From the NCBI GenBank assembly GCA_043228905.1, contig JBHGNT010000007.1:19840001-19904000 (forward strand): a stretch of DNA of 64,000 nt, in the 5' to 3' direction. Under the pieces are notes generated by a model. That model had not been told where the DNA came from. It saw only the letters and a program-made list of their open reading frames with translations, and ran no database searches. Of the stretch, positions 1-12,742 are shown one piece after another. The number at the start of each line of letters is the position of its first letter. The first letter of the stretch is position 1. This stretch comes from Azolla caroliniana (lineage: Eukaryota; Plantae; Polypodiophyta). Both the position numbers and the translations under genes were made by a program.

Positions 1-1464
1 TCTTGTGAGGGCACCACATCTTGCATACATATCAACCAATGCAGTGTCAAGCATGATATCCATCCCTAGGAACCCTTTACTGATAATCTCTTCATGGATT
101 TTTTGGCCTTTACTGATGGCTCCTATGAGACCGCAAACCTTCAAGATGCAAATGAATGTGATGGAATTTGGTGAGAGGCCTTCCCTTTGCATTCGTTGCA
201 AGCAATTAAGGCTTTCATCTCCCCTCCCTTGGTAAGTATATCCGGAAATTAACACATTCCAAGATGCAGTGTCTCGAACAGGAAGCTCACTTAGGACTTG
301 CTCTGCGTTTGAGAGCTCACCACATTTTGCATACATGTCCACTAAAGCATTTCCAAGAACGATATCCTTGTCAAGTAAACCCTTGCTGACAATCTCTTCA
401 TGTATTGCCTTTCCTTTGTCGATGGCTCTTGTGCTACCAGAAGCCTTTAAGAGGCATGTGAAGGTGACCACATTTGGAGATAAACCCTCCTTTTGCATCT
501 CTTCGAAACACTTTAGCGCTTCCTCGCCATGGCCATGTTGAGTATAGCCATCTATAAGCATAGACCAAGACACGATATCCCGAACTAAGAGCTCATCGAG
601 TACTTCCTTAGCTTTTGAAAGGGTGCCAAATCTAGCATACATATCTACCAGAGCATTCCCTACCATGGTATCATTTCCTAGTAGCCCCTTCCTTACAATC
701 TCCTCATGAATTTGTTTGCCCTTGTTGATGGCTCTGATGCTACCACATGCCTTCAAGATGCATGTGAAAGTGATAGGATCAGGAGAGAGTCCATCCCTTT
801 GCATATCATCAAAGCACGTCATGGCATCTTGGCCTCGACCTTGCTGGACATATCCTGATATCAATGCATTCCATGACACAATATCTCGATTTCGAAGCTT
901 ATCGAGGACTTGCTTTGCTTCGGTGAGAGCACCACATTTGGCATACATATCCAATAACCCATTTCCAAGAGAAACATACTCCTTCTCTAATCCTTTGATT
1001 ATAACCTCATTATGGACTTGTTTTCCTTTCTCGATCACACCTGAGCCACTACAAGCCTTTAAAACACAAGTAAATGTGATGCAATCAGGTGAAAGACCCT
1101 CGATTTGCATCCTTTCGAAGCAATCTAATGCATCGTCGCCATAGCCTTGTTGGGCATATGCAGAGATCAATGCAGACCATGTGACCACATCCCGGAAAGG
1201 AAGTTCTTCGAGCAATCTATGTGCTTTCTTGAGAGCTCCACATTTGGCGTACATACTAATTAAAGCACTACCAACATAAGGGCTGATTTGAAGCAAACCT
1301 TTGTTCAAAATAGTGTCATGTAACCTATTTCCTCTGCATAGATCCCTGGCTTTAGCACATGACTTCAATAAGCCCACAAAGGCAAGATCCTCTCTGTGAT
1401 GATGCGCTTCCTTTCTTACCTTTCCTAGACAGAGATCCACATTTCTTGAGCTTAGAATTGGCAT
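1..1464 (-). CDS. PLS-class pentatricopeptide repeat protein, probable organellar RNA-editing factor; 3' end lies outside the window
   Basis: Hand translation from ATG at 1464: MPILSSRNVDLCLGKVRKEAHHHREDLAFVGLLKSCAKARDLCRGNRLHDTILNKGLLQISPYVGSALISMYAKCGALKKAHRLLEELPFRDVVTWSALISAYAQQGYGDDALDCFERMQIEGLSPDCITFTCVLKAC. P-L-S triplets recur every ~303 bp toward the edge. Absent from the ORF track, consistent with no stop codon in the window. Confidence 0.93.
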   Translation of the reverse strand, partial: MPILSSRNVDLCLGKVRKEAHHHREDLAFVGLLKSCAKARDLCRGNRLHDTILNKGLLQISPYVGSALISMYAKCGALKKAHRLLEELPFRDVVTWSALISAYAQQGYGDDALDCFERMQIEGLSPDCITFTCVLKACSGSGVIEKGKQVHNEVIIKGLEKEYVSLGNGLLDMYAKCGALTEAKQVLDKLRNRDIVSWNALISGYVQQGRGQDAMTCFDDMQRDGLSPDPITFTCILKACGSIRAINKGKQIHEEIVRKGLLGNDTMVGNALVDMYARFGTLSKAKEVLDELLVRDIVSWSMLIDGYTQHGHGEEALKCFEEMQKEGLSPNVVTFTCLLKASGSTRAIDKGKAIHEEIVSKGLLDKDIVLGNALVDMYAKCGELSNAEQVLSELPVRDTASWNVLISGYTYQGRGDESLNCLQRMQREGLSPNSITFICILKVCGLIGAISKGQKIHEEIISKGFLGMDIMLDTALVDMYARCGALTR

Positions 1465-1597
1465 GAATTACTACTTCACTTATATCTTTCTGAAAGGAAT
1501 GAGGGTTTTCTTTCCATCATCGCCCAATTAAACCTGATGATGGATGGTCTCGCTACATGGGCGAAGCTCATCGAAGCAATTCGATGGAGCAAAGGCA

Positions 1598-1636
<39 letters not shown>

Positions 1637-1703
1637 CAACCTTACAAGAGGAGAAGTAAACAAACAAACATATGCCCCTGAGTTTTCCATTGATTCCAGA
1701 TGC

Positions 1704-2064
1704 CATGACCTGGGAAGCTCATAGACTCTATCCGATCTCATGACCTGGGAAGCCCCATCGACACACGATTCGATCTCATCGCCTCGGAAGCTCGTCATCA
1801 CGATTCGATCTCGTGACCCTAGAAGCTATTCGGACACCATCCGATCTCGAGGTCTTGGGAAGCCATTCGACACAATCCGATCTCATCATCATGGCCTCGG
1901 AAACCATTCGACACGATCTGATCTTATGACCTTAGAAGCCATTCGACACGATCCGGTCTTATGACCTTAGAAGCCATTCGACACGATCCAATCTTATGGC
2001 CCAATAAGCCCATTCAATGCGATCTGAACTCGTAAGCTTGGGAGCTCATCGACACGATCTGATC
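1704..2064. repeat. Degenerate ~35-bp minisatellite, about 10 copies
   Basis: Units resemble ATGACCTTAGAAGCCATTCGACACGATCCGATCTC, head-to-tail with no unique spacers; near-identical copies at ~1926 and ~1961. Confidence 0.85.
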
Positions 2065-3261
2065 AATCAATGAATGGACGAGAGACAATGACTCAAAGAG
2101 AAGGAAACTTATAGAATAGCCCTTCCTCCCCTGGTTCCGCTAAAACCTTAAAATTTCTTGTTGATGGATACGATCTCGTTCGAGTGTGCATCTAACACAA
2201 GTTAGAAAGCACCTCGGCACTAGTGAGAGACCCCATACAAAAAAATGGAGAAAGAGATGTGCTATATATATTGTATTGCTTGTGCACGCATATGTAGCTT
2301 GCCTTCGCACGTGGCATACCTTCGAAACGACACATTTTTCTTGTAAACTCATTAATTAGAATTTAGACCCATTGACCAATCCCATGTCTAAACTATGAGA
2401 TATGTTTAGGCAGGTGAATGCAATGCATAACTAATGCCCATCCATTATCACTTTTCTTCATTGTTAAAAAGTATCAGTTGTCATTAGGCCAACATATGGT
2501 GCATAGAAAACCAACTGGACATTGCTACAACAAATCCAAGTTCCCGAAGGAACTCAATTTTGATTAGTTTGTGCCAACTATGACATGGTTACAACTACCA
2601 CATGCATGTCTAAAATTTGCGAGTATTCATCATTGGTCATTGGAAGGCAAATTCTGTGATAAGGCTACGAGTAACTTGGCAAAGCTAGATGTATGAGGAT
2701 TCGTCATCAACGAGAAGGTACTAAGAGAAGCCCTATTTTGATCGACATGATGTTATGTGGGGAGGCCAAACTTCAACAGGCTTAGGGTGGGATGCACACA
2801 CTATATTGACTTGTCTGGATGATGCGGCTTATAAACCCTACCAAATGGGAGAAAACGAAAAGGGGCAACTTCGAAGGATATAAGGCTAAAACAAGATTGT
2901 CGAGTTTGGACACATAACCTAAAAAACCTGGACCAAGTACAAATTAGGCACTTGCTGGTTACTTAAAGCAAGAGATGGAAACAATAAACTATATGCAATT
3001 AGTGAGAGTATTGTGCCGATCATTTACCCAACACCCCTTTTCTCGCAAAACACCAACTAACCGATATGCAACAACCAACATTGCTATATGTATGTATGGA
3101 TGTACGTATATTTCAAGGACACACATTCCATATGCTCAGGGGTATGAATGATTCAGGCATGTTTCGATGCAATGCGTGGGTTGTGGACATAGGATAGGGT
3201 CCCTCTTGCACGGTGCAAGTGCCGTCAGATGGGGCAACAATCCAGCTAGAGTGCCGACCTT

Positions 3262-3576
3262 GATGTCAGTTCAGATGTCTGTCCCAATGACCGCTCCGAT
3301 TGGCAGCCCAATGACTGTCCTGATGCCCATCCTAATGTCTGCCCTGATGGGCGACCCAACGACTGTCCCGATGCCCATCCTAATGTCCGCCCTGATGTCT
3401 ACCGCGATGGGCGACCCAATGTTTGTCCCGATGCCCATCCTAATGTTCACCCTGATGGTCGACCCAACGTCGCCCCTGATGCCATGCTCAGATGTTCTGT
3501 CCTAATGCCAGTTCTGATGTCCGTCCCGATGTCCATCCCGAGTGTCCGCCCGAATGTCCGGCCCGACCGATGTCCG
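3262..3576. repeat. GC-rich degenerate tandem repeat built from GATGTCCG / GATGCCCATCCTAATGTC / GGCGACCCAA sub-units
   Basis: GATGCCCATCCTAATGT recurs at ~3322, 3370 and 3430. This produces the repetitive spurious ORF 3167..3505. Confidence 0.75.
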
Positions 3577-3594
3577 GGATAGAGGAGAGCCCTT

Positions 3595-3780
3595 GGAAGA
3601 AAAGAAAGAAGGAAAGAAGAAGAAGAAGAAGAAAAAGAAGAAGAAGCACTTCAGATAAAAGCTCTCTGTCTCTGTCTGTGTATCATCTAAGGGTTTGTTT
3701 CTTCAGTTTCAGTGTAAAGACAGACAGACCCAAAAGAGAGAGAGACAGAGAGAGAGAGAGAGAAGAGGCAGACAGAAGAG
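3595..3780. repeat. (GAA)n and (GA)n microsatellites upstream of the SUMO protease
   Basis: Directly visible runs agaagaagaaga and gagagagaga. Confidence 0.8.
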
Positions 3781-3976
3781 CGCCATAGCTCCAGTTTCAA
3801 AATTACACGTGCCCCAGAAAGAAAAGCCTCCCCTGTTCCTTCCTTCCTCACCGTCTCTGTCCAACTTGCAGAAACCCTCCCCCCCCCCATCAGCGATGGC
3901 GATCTGAAAGCTTCCATAGTTGTTGCTTTCCCACCCCGCCTAAAAGAAGATCTCTCCCATGGTGTAGATCTCTCGT

Positions 3977-6900
3977 ATGCTCTTTCATGCACTTTATGGC
4001 ATGGAGTTTAGGCGTAAGAGAGCTCTAGAATCTCCCCCTGGTCTATTGAGTTTGCTTGAAATCCATCATAACAGGCCTAAGAGACCCCTTCTCGATCTAT
4101 CCGAGCCTCGCCGAATTCTTAGAAGATTTTCATCCACCGGCAATAGCTTCTTCGTTTCTGCAAAGAAGAAGAATAAGAAAAAGAGAGAACATAGCTGGGA
4201 GGAGAGCTTGCCGAACCCGAATCGAGACAAAGGTGCATCGTGCAGAGGGCTGGAAGGTGTTTCATGGAGGAGAAACATACTATTTCCCAGTGAACCAAAA
4301 TCATCAACACTGGCAATTCAACCATCACCATCACCATCATCAACGTCAACATTTACATCACCATCACCATCGACTTTAACATGGAGACAAGAGAGAGAGA
4401 ATCAATGGGAACAGAGGCAAGAGTTGAGCCAATACTATCCTCAAAAGGAGTACTCAGATACCACAAGACCTGGACTATGGATGCTATCGAGGCCATCATC
4501 ACCTTGTGTTATGTCTCTTACACTCTCAAAGACACATTCCTCGCGCGCAATACCTCTCACACCCTCAAATTCACTGATGCAAACCGACACAAATCCATCA
4601 TCATCATTTGTAGTACCTCTTACAGCCTCAAATATTAATTCATCTATACTAAATGAGAGAGAACCATCATCGTGTGTAAAACCTCTTACCACCTCAAAGA
4701 TAAATCTATCAATGCCCCTCGAGGGAGAACCATCACTATCGGCACCACCATCGGGTGCAATGCCTCTTACAGTCTCAAAGATACACTCATCAATGCAAAC
4801 TGATACAACATCATCATGTGTGGCGCCTCTTGTAAGCTCGAACATACTTCCGTCGATAACCTCCAGCACCCACAATATCGCCCCATTGCAGGAAATTCCT
4901 GCATGGAAAGAATTGCTTAATAGGGCACGTGGTCGAGACCAAACCATTGTAAGCATCGAATCGAAAATCCGATTGAGAGAATCTTTGCTCAAGAATTATC
5001 AGGAGACAAGGGCAGCTTTGGAATTGGAAAATTTGAGAATCAAGCAGCCGTCGGAGGAGAAAGAGGTAATTGCGCATAGAACAGTTTTCAGAGGAAAGAC
5101 ATTTTTCAATACTTTAGCCATTGCATTTTCACCTAATATGGAATTGGTTGTTTTTGTTTTGTTTGAAGACGGTTGCTTTTGATCGCTTAAGAGAAGAAGA
5201 AGAGGAAGAAGTCCATCAGGCCTTGAATGGAGCAAATAGGTACCCTGTTGATTGGATTGAGGTATATAATTTGGAAATTTTACGTCTTACTTTCAATTTC
5301 TGTCATAGGCATCAAGTTCTTGTGCAGCACGAGCGATCAAACATTGATCTAACTAGGGCAGCTATTCAGTGTTTGAAGCCTGGGGCATGGCTGAATGATG
5401 ATGTAAGTTTCACAAGTTTCTTAAATATGCGGCCAGAACGGGTTTCACATGTGAAGGGTTAAAAACAATGTGGCATTGGTTTTTTGCACTTTTTTTTGCT
5501 TATTTAGGTTATCAATCTTTATTTGGAACTTCTGAAGGAGAGAGAACTTCGAGAGCCAGAAAGATACATGAAATGCCATTTTTTCAACACATTCTTTTAC
5601 AATAAGGTTTGTACACCTAATTATTTTCTTACTGACTAGGATTGTGGCTGGAAACCTTGCATTGTATAATGACACAGTGCTTTGGAACGCATCACAGCTT
5701 TACAAAGATGCACATTCCTATGATTATAAATCTGTCAGAAGGTGGACGACACCGAAAAAGCTTGGTTATAGTCTTCTTGACTGTGAGAAGGTGCTCATGT
5801 GTAATGTCTATGGTTTAGAATTGAAATGGAAATGTAATATTGATATTTATATTGCATGGATCACTGATTCTATTATCTCGCAGATTTTTGTTCCCATACA
5901 TCAAGACATTCATTGGTGCTTGGCTGTCATCAATGTGCACGAAAAGAAAATTCAATATCTAGATTCCCTTGGTGGGCATGATGAGAATGTTCTTCATGTG
6001 CTTGTAAGCCTCAGAACCCTCCAAAAACTATTTTACAGTAGTATTTTATAGGATGCTATTTGTCACGGCTTTACATGTTCTTGACAATCATAATTTCCTT
6101 TCATATATTGAGGTCCTAAAGTTGATGTTAGATGTCCTAAACTTGCATTATTCTTTTTGTGAACACCAGAGATCTTGAAATGTTGCTAGACTGAAACAAG
6201 GAAATAGAGCAATTCATGATCAACTACACACACATCCTAGTTCATTGTCTTTAAACGAAAACATGATAAATGGAATATCTTTAAGCATCCGATGCTACAT
6301 TGCTTGGTGTGACTGGGTTTCAATGACCCTTAAATTAATAGAATGGCACTTCCATTAATTTAAGGTTTTCTATGGACCTTAAATTGCCACTTCCATGGGG
6401 GACACTTCCATGGAAGTCTTGAATAGCATTATAGCAAATTTAGGAGTATGGGAGACTATGGCTATATACATGAGAACACAGATTTGAAGCTGTAGTGCAT
6501 AAAATGAGTGTCGAATTTATGCATGATGGGAGGTGGTGATATTGTGAGAAAATGTTGCTATTGCTTGATTATGGTAGCACAGTTTTTATTATATGTTGAA
6601 CATATTTGCAACATTTGGAACCTGAGAGAAAAGAAAAGAAAGGACATTACTTTGAAATAAGTAAGAGCAGTTTGGGTTCTACATGGTATTATGAAAGTAT
6701 TGTATGGGCCTGGCAAAAGCTAAGTTTTTGGCATATTGCAAAATGGTTCGTATTAGTTAGATCAAGGATATTTCAACCAATTTTCATGGCTTAGATGCAA
6801 TATTAGATGATTAGGATTGACTGGCCCAAACAAATGATCCAAAAGATTAACTGAGAAATCATTGGACACTTTTGGTGCTCTAAATAGCCATGCATAAGGG

Positions 6901-9900
6901 GTAAGGATCCTATCACTAGAGAAACTATGCATGCTATGAATGTGGGAAGGAATAAACATGCTTAATTTGCATATATTGGCTACAAAAGCAGGTTTATTGG
7001 CAAAATTTTCTCAACACAATCTGAAAAAGAAAGCTGTTCAGAAATATATGGTTTGGAAAATGATCATAGAGTGTAGACCAGGACACTAGCGTAAATGTTA
7101 TTCAATTATAAAAACCAAGCCATTTGGCTTATGGGATACTAACACTTGGGATGTAGTGTGGGAAGCTTGATAGGCATATCAAAGGATGCCCATTTATTTA
7201 CGAGCTTCTAAAATATTGGAAGGAAGTATTCCATTTATTATAATCTTGGTCCGCATCATGGATCCATATGGAACAAAGTGACAGAGTTGGTACTCTGATT
7301 ACTGTATGTTCCTCCTTTAGACAGTGAACCATATGTGATAAATGGAAAGGATCTGGATATCTCACCTTCTATTGTGGATATTTCTTGTTTGATTGCATTT
7401 GGTACAAGATTGAGCTTTCTGCATATCACTGAGGTAAGCAACTAGCTCTTGAAGGATTTTATGTGCCATTAGTCAAATAATTATTGGCTTAGGTAATGGT
7501 CTCATACACAACTTAATGTGTAAAATGTCTCCAAATTTTCTGACTCGAGATGCTATTAGTATTAACACTGATGGTCAATCAATTGCATCATCAAATCATC
7601 TTATGCTATAGTATCATGTTTGTAGATGAAGCTTTGAAGCTGCATATTTACTGTTATTTCAATTCTGGATGCGTAATCATGTTGAAGATGAACCTTAAAG
7701 CTGCAAAGAGCGAGGTTTTGAGAATATTTCCGTGGAAGTACTTATTGTTATGTGTGTTTTCTTTTCCCTTTCTTTTTTAGGCTAGATACCTGAAAGATGA
7801 AGCAAAGGATAAGCTGAATCAGGAGTTTGATCCAAGTGGTTGGAAACTGGATTGCCCCAAAGACATACCTGTCCAATTAAATGGGTAACTAATTTCCTTT
7901 GCCCAGACTCTTGATATGCATGAAAACACATTGTGTGTTGGTTATTGGAGTATTTTATGAGAATAATAACTTTGTTATGCCGCCTCTAATTATACTTGTA
8001 CACGCATGAATGGGCAATTTTCTTTTGCCAAGGTCTACATATGCCTGCCATAATGGGACCATTAATGCAACTATGTTAATAAAGTCTCTTGTCTAAGGCT
8101 TATAGCACTGGGTGGCCTATTGATGAAGGTTGGCTTATTACAACAATGTATGCCATACAATTTTTCTTATCTCTTGGAGAAAAATTGTATATATAGACTT
8201 TAGTGAAGAATTTGACGAAATTGCAGGCATTCCGTAGGCTGAAAGGTGCTACATCACTACATGTTGAAGATGAGAACTGCATGGATTTGATGTATGTTTT
8301 ATTTCTTTTTGATGTGATGTATGTAAGCATGTACGTTTTATTCTAATGTATGTAAGTATGGACATACATACCAACATATGGACAAGTAAAGAATTTGATG
8401 AAATTAAACGCACTCTCTATCCTGAAATGTGCTGCAGCTGCAGCATTACATGCTGAAGATGAGAACTACATGGATTTGATGTATTTTTCCTTTCTTTCTG
8501 ATGTGATGTATACTTGTCTACATTAATATGTATGGTGTATGTGTGCATATATATAGGAAGAAAAAATATGGACCGTAGAGGTCTATGGTCTGTTCCAATT
8601 GCTAACTAACTCTTTATTAATTTTATAAGGATGTAATGTATGGTGTATGACAGGAAGAAAATATAGGGACTGTAGAGGTCTATGGTCTGTTCCAATTGCT
8701 AACTCTTTATTAAGTTTGTAAGGATGTAATTCTTAGCTTACAGAAGTATTGTTAGATGCATAACCATAACTAATCATGAGATAGTTTTTCCGTAGTTCTG
8801 CGTAATCTTCTGATGAGTAGAAGTGGGTTAATTCCGGAAGGAACAAATGTACAAAGGTATGAATTGCAATTCTACGTTGTGAGATAACTATCAAGCGTGT
8901 TATCGATCTCAATTGACCACTTCATCTGAAGTAGTCAAGTCTGTGAACACACCAGAACCTAGGGTTTTTGCCTATATAAGAAAGCTAGTTACCTTCATAT
9001 TTGCGGAGGCTTGACTTATGTTCAAACTGTGTCAGTGTGCTATGGCATTATTAGCTAAGCACGTGTGATCCTCACATCAACACTCGATGGTTATGGGTTA
9101 TGGAGGAGGTTTGAGTCCATTTTACGTCGTTGCTAGGGGGTGGTCGGGTGGATTGGCAGCCCTCTTTCCTTTTGTTGGGCTATAATTCCTTATGTTTTGC
9201 TTAAATAATGAGTTAGACTTTGAGAAGTATTGTTTATCTAGTACAAGCAAGACATTTTTGTTGCTCTATTGATAAGGTAGGATGACTGAGTTGGTGTAAT
9301 CCACCACTTTAGAATACTGATAAAACAGGGTTTGGGTTTAAATCTTTGTTGTGATTTTCTCTACAAAACCATTTTTTTATTGCATACATATTTTGCTCAT
9401 GGTTTCATTAGTTACAGAGTAAGTTTATTGAACATAAAGCATTATACAACCAATCATGTCTACAATCGGCCATGAATCCACCATTAGTCCACTATGAAAA
9501 TTAGGAAAAGGTTTGCAATGTATACATTGAAACAGAATTCTATCCTTGGCCAATTATTGGCATGCAATGATAAAGTTAACTATATACTAAAAAACTTGAA
9601 AAGCATTTGTAGTAAATTTAGGCTTGGGTGATTTTCTCATCAGTGCCAGATTATAGTAAACCCGTTAAACGATCAATCGGGACCTAGGGTGTACAGAAAG
9701 AACACAAGGTAATGCTAAAATAGGGAAATTAAAATTTGCATTTTTGTTATATTTATTGTACCTGAGATTAGACATTCATTTTGACTATCTGTGCCTTTTA
9801 TGTGTAACCATTTTACCTCAGCATATTTGGCACAGAACTGTAGTTATTGATGAAAGTCTCATTCTTTAATGAATTGCCTCTTGCCAGGTGTGACTGTGGG

Positions 9901-10872
9901 ATGTTCATGATAAAATATGCAGATTTCTACAGCCATGGAAATGATTTAAGATTTAGCCAAGTAAGCACATTAAAAACTTAAATTTATGATTTAGTTGATG
10001 ATGACCCAAATTTTGTTGCTCTAGTTTGTCGTTATTATTGTAAAATTGCTTTATGCTCTTTTCATGCCTTGAAAGTATTTTTTTCCTTCTATGACATTTT
10101 GCAAAATCTTTGTGGGCATGTCTCTAATTTTAGTCTGAATAGTTACTTTGCTTTAACTACCATTAGATGGCTTTGTTTACTTCGTTTTTATTTTCAGCAG
10201 CACATGTTTTTATAGTTTATTTGTCTCTTTGACTCTTCACCGCGAATTGCCAAATATGGTAGAACACATTAATTGACAGCTTTAATGACTAAATTGTATC
10301 AAAATATTTTTTTTTGTGAAAATGGAGCTAAACCTACAGATGTTTTAGGATGGATGCTTTTGAATCCACAACAATAGAAAGGTTGTCATTTACTGGGTTT
10401 CTTAGCCTTTTCTACAAAATATGGTGTAGGTGTGTTCATTTTTTTTATATTTATTCGGGTTAGTTTGTGTTAAACACGTATAGATTTGGGGTTTCAAATA
10501 TAATTGGGATGCAGATGCTCATGTCAATATCTCTGTTCATGGTGGTTTTAGATTAGTTCTTTTTTGGTAAGGATCCAAAAACTTAATTATCTGTTTTATT
10601 AGATAGAATATTATGATAATATTATTTGGATTTTGTTCTTTCTTTATTCTTCCAATTAATTTCTGGTCTATAATGGATTGGGATTACTCATGATAGCAAT
10701 ATTTCTGTTAACTAATTACATCTAATGCACATTTTTTTATGATGGATTAATTTCCAAAACCAATGTGATAACTATATTACCTGTATCTTTTTCCTCTTGA
10801 TTCATGCAGGAAGATATGGAGTATTTCAGGAAAAAGACGATACTTGAACTTCTCCAATTGAAAGCGAGGTGA
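3977..10872 (+). CDS. ULP1: ULP1/ESD4-like SUMO protease (peptidase C48), about 601 aa, 9 exons: 3977-5065, 5169-5239, 5309-5402, 5508-5606, 5698-5790, 5884-6003, 7781-7884, 9888-9960, 10810-10872
   Basis: Spliced product contains WLNDDVINLYLELLKERE, CHFFNTFFYNKL, VRRWTTPKKLGYSLLDCEKIFVPIHQDIHWCLAVIN, YLDSLGG, QLNGCDCGMFMIKYADF and FSQEDMEYFRKKT. Catalytic His-Asp-Cys and the oxyanion Gln are intact. All introns are GT-AG with matching phases. The start may instead be the ATG at 4001. Confidence 0.93.
8203..8729. repeat. Two local tandem duplications in ULP1 intron 7 (8203-8321 with 8388-8511; 8555-8636 with 8651-8729)
   Basis: Repeated GAAGATGAGAACT.CATGGATTTGATGTAT and GTAGAGGTCTATGGTCTGTTCCAATTGCTAACT blocks. 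Confidence 0.8.
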
Positions 10873-12157
10873 TTCAAGAGCAGTGACTGCTTTTGCTGTC
10901 CTGTCCTGAAGTCTCAAGTTGGTTGAGATTGATTGGGGTATTGAGCATACAATTTTCTAGCAGTCAGCTTTCAGATAATTTATTGTTGTCAGAAATGTCA
11001 GTTAGTGCCTTTTCAGGAGTGTAACATAGCTATATACCTTGTTTGGTCTGAAGAGAACATTTGGGCATCATATCATGGTGGATGCCTTTCCGATTTGGCA
11101 TTGCCCTTTTAAATGGCCTATGCACATTATTTTGGTGTAAAATGCAGACTACCAACACTAACTGACAGCTGTAATGAGCTATTTTACCGAGTCCTTATGT
11201 TACTTTAGTGTTCCAATTATCAGGTATTTTTAAGGATGACAGATGGTCATAAGTAATACAGGATCCAAGTAATTGAAGCATTCTGATTATCAGGTCTTTT
11301 GAAGGACTACAGATGTTCATATGTAATACAACATCCAAGTAGTTGATGTACATGAAGAGGCAAACTTAAACTTGTGATTGTGCACTTTACATATATGTGA
11401 TATGATAGTTGGAAAACATTAGACTGTTGTCTAATTGATAGGTCACTCCATTTATTTCAAAACAATGCATTGAAGCCACAGATTATGCATGTCTTGGATT
11501 ATTTTTCACATGCTTGAACGGTTATTTCCTTGCCAGAGGAATTGTAATCTAATATTTTTGGAGGAATTATCATGTTAATTTTGCCACTTTTATGCTATAC
11601 TGTAATGTTAAGTCATGCATACACATTCTTACACAATTTGTTTTGCCATACAAAAATGTTTGCAACCAGATTGCCTACAAAGCAATTCAAAATACAGTTT
11701 GGAAGTCATGATGTAGAGGACAGTATAGTCTAGAGACATTTAACTTACTGGTTGTTGCAAATACTTTTCAAATGAACTCATTTATGTAGGTCTACATTCT
11801 ACACGGTATCTGTTGTAGATCTACTGCTTTAATGAACTCAATTGTTCAAATGAACTGTCATGTATAGATCTACTGCATGAATGAATCTAAACTATTGGGG
11901 TTGCTCTCTACATTTGTAAAATCAATTTGTTATGGTGTCTATGCAGTTGGTCAATGTAATAATTTAAAGCTTAAACCGCTCATGCTCTCCATTCTCGCAA
12001 TAACATACAGTTCAAAGAATCAAAGGATATCTTTCAGTATCTTCCTTGGGTACAAAAGGATACCTTAGAACTTTCTGTATCTTCTCTGACTACATATATT
12101 TTGCTTCTAATTGAGATACAAAATGACTATTTCAAAAGGAAAATCAGTGTGGACAAT

Positions 12158-12455
12158 AAATGTTTGAAGTATATATTCACTAGATAGAATGTACTCTCTC
12201 ATATTCTCCACTTACACTTGTAAAATTTGGAATTTTGATATTACATTGTCTACAAAAATACAATGGAGTCCTGTCAATAAATTGAATGAAACCTATACTA
12301 TAAAAATAGCAAATGTTTGAAGTATATCTTCACTGGATAGAATGTGAGAGCACATTCTCAACTTACACTTGTATAATTTGGAATTTTGATTTTACATTGT
12401 CTACAACAAACAATGGAACCCTGTCAATAAATTGAATGAAACCCATACTATAAAA
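12158..12455. repeat. ~150-bp tandem duplication between the convergent ULP1 and IFT122 3' ends
   Basis: AAATGTTTGAAGTATAT...CTTACACTTGTA...CTGTCAATAAATTGAATGAAACC occurs twice. Confidence 0.85.
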
Positions 12456-12742
12456 CTAACTTCATGGGTTTAAGGTTTAGCATCTCTACTCCTATTTGGT
12501 TGATCAAATATGGAACTTCAATCAAATCATAAGTCAACTATCCTTTCATACATTTGACTTTTACATCGTGGATTTGCGATCATCCACCATTACCTTGTGT
12601 TAAAAGATTACTCTTAGTTGTGGGAGGTTCTTTCCCAACAATGGATTTACTCCGAGTAGATGATTGATTGCTTTTTAGCCATTTCCTCATATTCGCCATA
12701 TTCATCAGGTGTGGAAGCCTTTAAAACGTATATGGATACATG

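Noticed and set aside
5-1144. Plus-strand ORFs 5..235, 269..541 and 716..1144
   Set aside because: Antisense shadows of the minus-strand PPR repeats.
1704-2064. ~35-bp repeats resembling a CRISPR array
   Set aside because: Units abut with no unique spacers, are degenerate, lie in eukaryotic DNA, and no cas genes are present.
3167-3788. Met/Pro-rich and Arg/Lys-rich (protamine-like) ORFs
   Set aside because: Products of a GC-rich minisatellite and (GAA)n/(GA)n tracts; no independent coding evidence.
4056-4379. His-rich ORF as a metal-binding peptide
   Set aside because: Alternative-frame reading of the CCATCA repeats that encode the Pro/Ser tract of ULP1 exon 1.
6380-7450. Coding-like patches in ULP1 intron 6
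   Set aside because: Short broken ORFs with no supportable motif; probably old TE debris.
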